Source of the DNA: Fibrobacterales bacterium
GTDB lineage: Bacteria > Fibrobacterota > Fibrobacteria > Fibrobacterales > JAOPTW01
NCBI GenBank assembly: GCA_051532035.1
Contig: JAOPTW010000042.1
Span: 1 to 12,352, forward strand
Length of the DNA: 12,352 nucleotides
Direction: 5' to 3'
Shown here: positions 7,662-12,352 of the stretch, piece after piece
How positions within the stretch are numbered: the stretch's first letter is position 1
Layout: each line of letters opens with the position of its first letter
Notes under the pieces: model-generated
What the model saw: only the letters and a program-made list of their open reading frames with translations
Told to the model about the DNA's origin: nothing
The model's database searches: none
Made by a program: the position numbers and the translations under genes

Positions 7662-9596
7662 TTATTGTTCTTCTATTAAGAGATACACCGCGGTGAGACC
7701 GCCCACATCAATGATGATATCACCATCTGCTGTAGCCTCGTATGCGGGAATATCTGTATAGGTATCATAAGGTCCACCCTTATCAAAATCATCATTGGTT
7801 TCTCCATTCACTAACACCTTTTGAGTGAAGGCATCAGATCCATCTCCTTCAACAACATACCAATAATAGTGTGCGCCCGGATCAAAACCAGACAGGTCAA
7901 TTTTCACCGAATGGTCGGTTTCTGATTTATTGACCAATACTATTCCCACACCGCCAGTAGTACTATATTTTGTTGAGAGCGCAAGAATATCATCGCCAGA
8001 AACTGAAGACTCAAGTACTTTGTCGCCCATCGTATTATTCATATAATAGAAATGGTAAAAAGTCGGGTATGGATAGGAATCTGCAGTTTTACCGCCAAAC
8101 TCAGGATCTGCTTTGTTAAAAATGCCAAAGTCCATAGCCTGATACCCCTGCCAATTCTCTACATCCCTCCATTGGTCCTTAATACCAAAGTAACTTGAGC
8201 TCAAGAAATTGTGTTGATGCATAGTAATCAGTGCAGAGAGTGCATGGAGTGAATTGGCGTGGCTCGGTTGATTCGGTGATTCAGTATTCCACTCGGTGAG
8301 TGCCAGTGGAATTCGTTTGAGACCATTCGCATCAAAACTGGAATAGATATATTCCTCAATATGCTCCACCTCTGTATAAGTACTGATTTTTTCAACTGGC
8401 GTCAGATCTTGACCCGACCCGCCAAAGTCATTGTTATTGAAATATGAATGTGTTGCGACAAAGTCTGCATCACCATCATTGAGGCCTGCTGCAAGTTGAC
8501 TATTCCACTCACCCGGAATTGCACCATTAAGAGTCCCTCCCCACAAGCTTCCATTATCTGCAAAGGTCACTCCAATATATATTTCTGTCCCAACGTCAGC
8601 AGCAGCTGCACGCATGGAATCAGCAAATACTTTAAAGTGCTCTGCGTACAGTGCTCCAGAAATCCATTTTTCCTGACCACCGTTATGAAGATCCATATCA
8701 ATTTGATAGCCAGGCTCCCAACACGCATAGGTCTCATTACCTACTTCCCAATATAAAGTGCGCCCGTTATCATACCGTACCCACTCAGCCGCCTCATGCG
8801 CCGCTTTTGCTACCGGATCATCACTCAACCCATAGCGCGCATAGGGATAGTTAACCGTAATAAATCCTTCAGCGCCGGTAGCCTCTATAAAGTCATAGTA
8901 TGCATCAGGAGTTAATTGCCACGATGGATCCATGTCGTTCCCCGCATGGTAATCAGTCCAAGCTTCCCCTTCATTACACCCCGTAATTACCGAGTCAGGG
9001 AGATCATCAGGTAACTCTTGGTGAAAAAACACATTACTGGCATCACCACCTGGATACCGTATAATTGCGGGTCCCATATCTCTCACCTGTTTGATCAACA
9101 TATCATCTTTGCTGAAGTTCCCGGAATATATTGCTGAATTAATACCGGTCATATACTTGGACAGATCGTGTGTAACCGAGCTCGCATTCACAGACACTGT
9201 AACATCGGGTGTTCCTAATGTTCCCGTATATGCCTCCGCAGTGGGAGTAATAAAAGTAGCAGGGTCACGAGGTACAAAGGGCTCTGCACTACTTTCTGGC
9301 TCAGAAGAACTTGATATCAATACTTCGACAGAAGAAGACACTTTTTCATCTGGTTCAAAAGAGGAGTCTATTGATTCAAGACTACTTGATTCCTGTTTTT
9401 CAGGCTCAGCATCAACCGAACTCTGAGTTGCAGAACTCTCATCCTCTTTTAATTGTTCAGATGATTCTATTGATGCACTCGATTCATCAATAGCACTCAC
9501 TTCACTTGATTCGTTATCTTCAGTAGTAGATACATCATTGGTGCATGCATTAACACTGAATAATAGACCTATGATCACAGTATATATTTTTATCAT
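7662..9596 (-). CDS. Lipoprotein glycoside hydrolase, clan GH-A (GH51/GH79-like, alpha-L-arabinofuranosidase-like)
   Basis: 644 aa. Lipobox FSVNA-C, then a long Ser/Glu linker. Motifs IRYPGG, YWEVGNE (putative acid/base Glu), ATHSY and LALTEWN (putative nucleophile Glu). C-terminal beta-sandwich region (IVLVNKS). The exact family cannot be determined by eye. Confidence 0.75.
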   Translation of the reverse strand: MIKIYTVIIGLLFSVNACTNDVSTTEDNESSEVSAIDESSASIESSEQLKEDESSATQSSVDAEPEKQESSSLESIDSSFEPDEKVSSSVEVLISSSSEPESSAEPFVPRDPATFITPTAEAYTGTLGTPDVTVSVNASSVTHDLSKYMTGINSAIYSGNFSKDDMLIKQVRDMGPAIIRYPGGDASNVFFHQELPDDLPDSVITGCNEGEAWTDYHAGNDMDPSWQLTPDAYYDFIEATGAEGFITVNYPYARYGLSDDPVAKAAHEAAEWVRYDNGRTLYWEVGNETYACWEPGYQIDMDLHNGGQEKWISGALYAEHFKVFADSMRAAAADVGTEIYIGVTFADNGSLWGGTLNGAIPGEWNSQLAAGLNDGDADFVATHSYFNNNDFGGSGQDLTPVEKISTYTEVEHIEEYIYSSFDANGLKRIPLALTEWNTESPNQPSHANSLHALSALITMHQHNFLSSSYFGIKDQWRDVENWQGYQAMDFGIFNKADPEFGGKTADSYPYPTFYHFYYMNNTMGDKVLESSVSGDDILALSTKYSTTGGVGIVLVNKSETDHSVKIDLSGFDPGAHYYWYVVEGDGSDAFTQKVLVNGETNDDFDKGGPYDTYTDIPAYEATADGDIIIDVGGLTAVYLLIEEQ

Positions 9597-9728
9597 AACC
9601 TTATAATCCTGTTCTTGATTGTATGTGTATGAGTAAAATATATGTCCTGTAAAAGGAGTCTGTTAGCAGTAAACCAGAAAGATATTTCTTTTTACTTTTA
9701 AGAACAAACAGAGAACAAGCCTCGGGTT

Positions 9729-11054
9729 CTATTGAGCGAGAACCTCGAAAAAAGGTTCGGTACCAAACAGATCTATATTATCTATTGATACGTCATCACC
9801 ATTACACTGAAATTGAATATTATCAATTGATGCAAGATGGCTGCGTATCGCTTCTGTCGAGACCTCATGTGACGTAAGAGTATAATCGATTAACACCCCA
9901 ACTCGTAACATCGGTATCGGCACAACAAATCTATTCCACTCCACGCCTACCCCACCTATTCTTGTATATAAAAAGGTCCCTGCGGCAGCGCTCTTTTCAT
10001 CAACACTATTTGAGTAGAATATCACATCAATTGAATCCATAGACTCTTGTCCACTGCGCACAAAGAAGGAGAGCGAATCAAGACCAGACATATGTATTGA
10101 ACCACTTTGAGTTGTCAGTGCCAAACCTGAATACCGTCTCTCACCCCCGAGTATCATATGTAAGCTCGACCCTTCATACCCGTTTTCATTAATCAGCTGA
10201 TACTCATGACTCGTTAATCCATCTTCTCCATTTGCAAGTGGCGATATCCAATTAACGGTATTCACCAACACCTTCCAAAAAAGCTGATCACATTCACCTT
10301 TACTCGGAGAGAGAGTACACCAGGTGTCATCTTCAAAATCTGCTATTCGAATACTATCAGTTTCTTCAGAAGAGTACTCTTCTGATGATGAGAGCATTGA
10401 TTGACTCGAACTCATCAATGTATCGGCATACGCTCTTTCAATGGTGTAGTGTGATTCATCTAAACGATCGTTCGGTACTCCTGAACCTGACTGATAGACA
10501 CTTACTAAAGGATACAATCCTTCAGGGAGATTTATAAATCTAAATACTCCGGTAGAATCTACCGGTGCTTCATACAACGAGCCTGCCACCAGCACTTTTG
10601 TCGGCATCACTTCATTCACCAAAAGAGTACCTCTATACTCATATCCAACAACAGTGATAATTGGCTGGTCTATACTCACCTGCCCATTTGCTGCTGTACT
10701 ATTCTGAGCATCAGAAATATACGCTCCTTCAGCTCCGTATTCTATCTGCATCGAAAAACTATCTAATGCCTGTGTTTGTATAGTAAAAGCACCAGAGCTA
10801 TCGGTATACCCCGAATCGACCGGTATCGTTTGGCCATTTTCAACCGCAGTCCACCAACTCTTCTTTGCCAACACCATTACTTTAGCCCGTACTGCCGGTT
10901 TGCCCTCTGAATTATGAATGGTTCCCGCTATAGTATTGGGCAAATCAGAAGAGCCCCCCGTATACTCTGTCGGCGATTCGGACACCGAACACCCTGCCAA
11001 CAACAAAAGAACTCCTACAACAGCCAAACTCCCTTTAAACATAGTACGAACCAT
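9729..11054 (-). CDS. Lipoprotein with carboxypeptidase-regulatory-like (prealbumin-fold) domains and a putative CBM11/CIA30-like C-terminal domain
   Basis: 441 aa. Lipobox LLAG-C. IAGTIHNSEGKPAVRAKV...TDSSGAFTI and DSTGVFRFINLPEGLY are typical of this fold. After a Ser-rich linker come IADFEDD...LDSLSFFVRS...WNRFVVPI...IDNIQF...IDNIDL. The start overlaps the upstream stop (TAATG). Confidence 0.7.
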   Translation of the reverse strand: MVRTMFKGSLAVVGVLLLLAGCSVSESPTEYTGGSSDLPNTIAGTIHNSEGKPAVRAKVMVLAKKSWWTAVENGQTIPVDSGYTDSSGAFTIQTQALDSFSMQIEYGAEGAYISDAQNSTAANGQVSIDQPIITVVGYEYRGTLLVNEVMPTKVLVAGSLYEAPVDSTGVFRFINLPEGLYPLVSVYQSGSGVPNDRLDESHYTIERAYADTLMSSSQSMLSSSEEYSSEETDSIRIADFEDDTWCTLSPSKGECDQLFWKVLVNTVNWISPLANGEDGLTSHEYQLINENGYEGSSLHMILGGERRYSGLALTTQSGSIHMSGLDSLSFFVRSGQESMDSIDVIFYSNSVDEKSAAAGTFLYTRIGGVGVEWNRFVVPIPMLRVGVLIDYTLTSHEVSTEAIRSHLASIDNIQFQCNGDDVSIDNIDLFGTEPFFEVLAQ

Positions 11055-11866
11055 TAGTTACGCTCCTTGCTCAAAGGGAAAAACTGAACATTCAAATGAT
11101 ATACCTGGTTTTCTTCAGTATCCGAATTCAGTACATCAACGATTTCCTGTCTGAACCGATCAATTTTATGGATGATCCTCTCTGCGCCCATTTGTGAAAC
11201 CGTCATAGACGTACCGCTCACATTTCGTTTCTCCTTTGTGAACAGGCCGAGACTCTCTTTACCTAAATCAATAAACTGCTTTTGAACTTCGTGCATCGTA
11301 AGAGCATCTATGTGATCACCTGCAATACGGTTATTTTTAGGGCGCCAGTACCCATCTCTTTTTTCAATGAGATCGATATCATGCAGCAGTTTTATGGTGT
11401 GCTTAACTTTAGCAGGAGAAACTCGAGGGGTTAAAAAGCGTGCCATATCCTGATAGTTTTCATCGATATTCATAATGAGCAACGCTTCTTTAATAGCAAG
11501 ATGATGCCACTGTTGATAATACTCTCGCTGAGCCCTGGTTATTGACCGGATCGAGCGTGGGAGCATCGCAGTCATTTGCTCAAAAATTTCCTGTTTTGTT
11601 GCGTGAGTTTTTGCATCGGTGAAATGCATCATCAAAATAAAATACTGCTCCTCTTTTTCAGTAAGTTGCATTACTATGCTAAACTGCTTGATAACATTCA
11701 GTGTTATTTTTCTACGGTCACGAACAATATCAATGTATATTCCAGACGATTTTAACCCGGTATCCTTTAAAAAACTACGATAGGTAAATTGGGCATCCAT
11801 TGACTTTCTATACTCATAGTAGTCTTTTAGGTATGTTCGGTAGTTATAATACCCATAAATATTCAT
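11054..11866 (-). CDS. TIGR02147 family (DUF4423) protein, putative HTH DNA-binding regulator
   Basis: 270 aa. Family-typical start MNIYGYYNYRTYLKDYYEYRK...FTYRSF...GLKSSG, central YYQQWHHLAIKE, and end VYHLNVQFFPLSK. RBS GAGG lies upstream. Confidence 0.88.
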   Translation of the reverse strand: MNIYGYYNYRTYLKDYYEYRKSMDAQFTYRSFLKDTGLKSSGIYIDIVRDRRKITLNVIKQFSIVMQLTEKEEQYFILMMHFTDAKTHATKQEIFEQMTAMLPRSIRSITRAQREYYQQWHHLAIKEALLIMNIDENYQDMARFLTPRVSPAKVKHTIKLLHDIDLIEKRDGYWRPKNNRIAGDHIDALTMHEVQKQFIDLGKESLGLFTKEKRNVSGTSMTVSQMGAERIIHKIDRFRQEIVDVLNSDTEENQVYHLNVQFFPLSKERN

Positions 11867-11933
11867 GTTGCCTCATTTCACTCTATTTGAAAATGGATAG
11901 TTGTTCAACTCCCCATCACAAAATATATTCGAA

Positions 11934-12203
11934 ATGAATTCAGAGAACAAAATCAATGCAAATACCCTCTTTTTTACACATAAGAACAAAAAAAGAACAG
12001 GTTTCATCAGTAAAAACCCTTATTTCGACCTTAAGTAGGGGTTTGCCAAAGCGACAGCGCATAAAGCAAACGCTATGGACGGTGTAAAAGATATCGTAGA
12101 ACTTGCCTTTAACAGTACGTATGGCAGGCGACAGTATTTGAAAAAGAAAAACAAGAAGGCGATTGAGACTAAGGAGATGGGCCAAAAGGAAAGGTCGGCA
12201 TAG
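11934..12203 (+). pseudogene. Possible degenerate gene 3' remnant ending in the 96-bp repeat
   Basis: A single frame reads MNSENKINANTLFFTHKNKKRTGFISKNPYFDLK*GFAKATAHKANAMDGVKDIVELAFNSTYGRRQYLKKKNKKAIETKEMGQKERSA*, with one internal TAG at 12036-12038. No family was recognised. Confidence 0.3.
12108..12203 (+). repeat. 96-bp direct repeat, copy 2
   Basis: 95/96 identical to 5238-5333, at an offset of 6870 bp. Confidence 0.97.
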
Positions 12204-12263
12204 GGTTGAGCCATATGAGTATACTCTATAAGAACTCGTTGGAAAAACTTTCCGTATATTTAT

Positions 12264-12296
12264 AAAAAAAGGCTGCCTCAAATGTGGGAGACAGCC
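12264..12296 (-). terminator. Intrinsic terminator of a minus-strand gene located beyond the right edge of the window
   Basis: The minus strand reads GGCTGTCTC-CCACATTT-GAGGCAGCC-TTTTTTT: a 9-bp stem with one G-U pair followed by U7. Confidence 0.8.
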
Positions 12297-12352
12297 TGTG
12301 AGAATTTAGAATTACTGAATCAATCTACTTTTATTTTGTCATTTGATAATCC

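Noticed and set aside
6238..11154. Short + strand ORFs overlapping the nucleoside hydrolase, GH and lipoprotein genes
   Set aside because: They are antisense to well-supported CDSs and have no independent evidence.
12099..12140. LAFNSTYGRRQYL resembling the REP-associated tyrosine transposase motif YFNxxYxRxGxLF
   Set aside because: The match is too short. No HUH motif or downstream FQxRF is present, and the peptide ends ~20 residues later.
11940..12281. 113-aa minus ORF, and the matching 83-aa ORF 5142..5393, as real genes
   Set aside because: Their similarity is confined to the 96-bp repeat, the single mismatch is non-synonymous in this frame, and the 113-aa ORF starts inside a terminator hairpin.

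Overview
AT-rich bacterial window, most likely Fibrobacterota (TIGR02147-family gene plus Ser-rich lipoprotein linkers; this is an inference). All six real genes lie on the minus strand. In transcription order (right to left): a TIGR02147/DUF4423 putative regulator translationally coupled to a lipoprotein with a possible carbohydrate-binding C-terminus; a clan-A glycoside hydrolase lipoprotein; a secreted nucleoside-hydrolase-fold protein with a PKD domain; a ~1 kb non-coding gap; and two tandem paralogous lipoproteins with a collagen-like stalk and receptor L-domain repeats. The clearest unexplained structure is a 96-bp direct repeat with 1 mismatch (5238-5333 and 12108-12203) that brackets the first four genes and reads as exactly 31 codons plus TAG on the + strand. 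The 1-kb gap also holds several minus-strand-favoured RNA structures (an H-type pseudoknot and a promoter-hairpin-U-tract sRNA candidate) and a C11 tract. I recognised no integrase, transposase, reverse transcriptase, tRNA, rRNA or CRISPR array. Family calls come from motif recognition only; no database searches were run.
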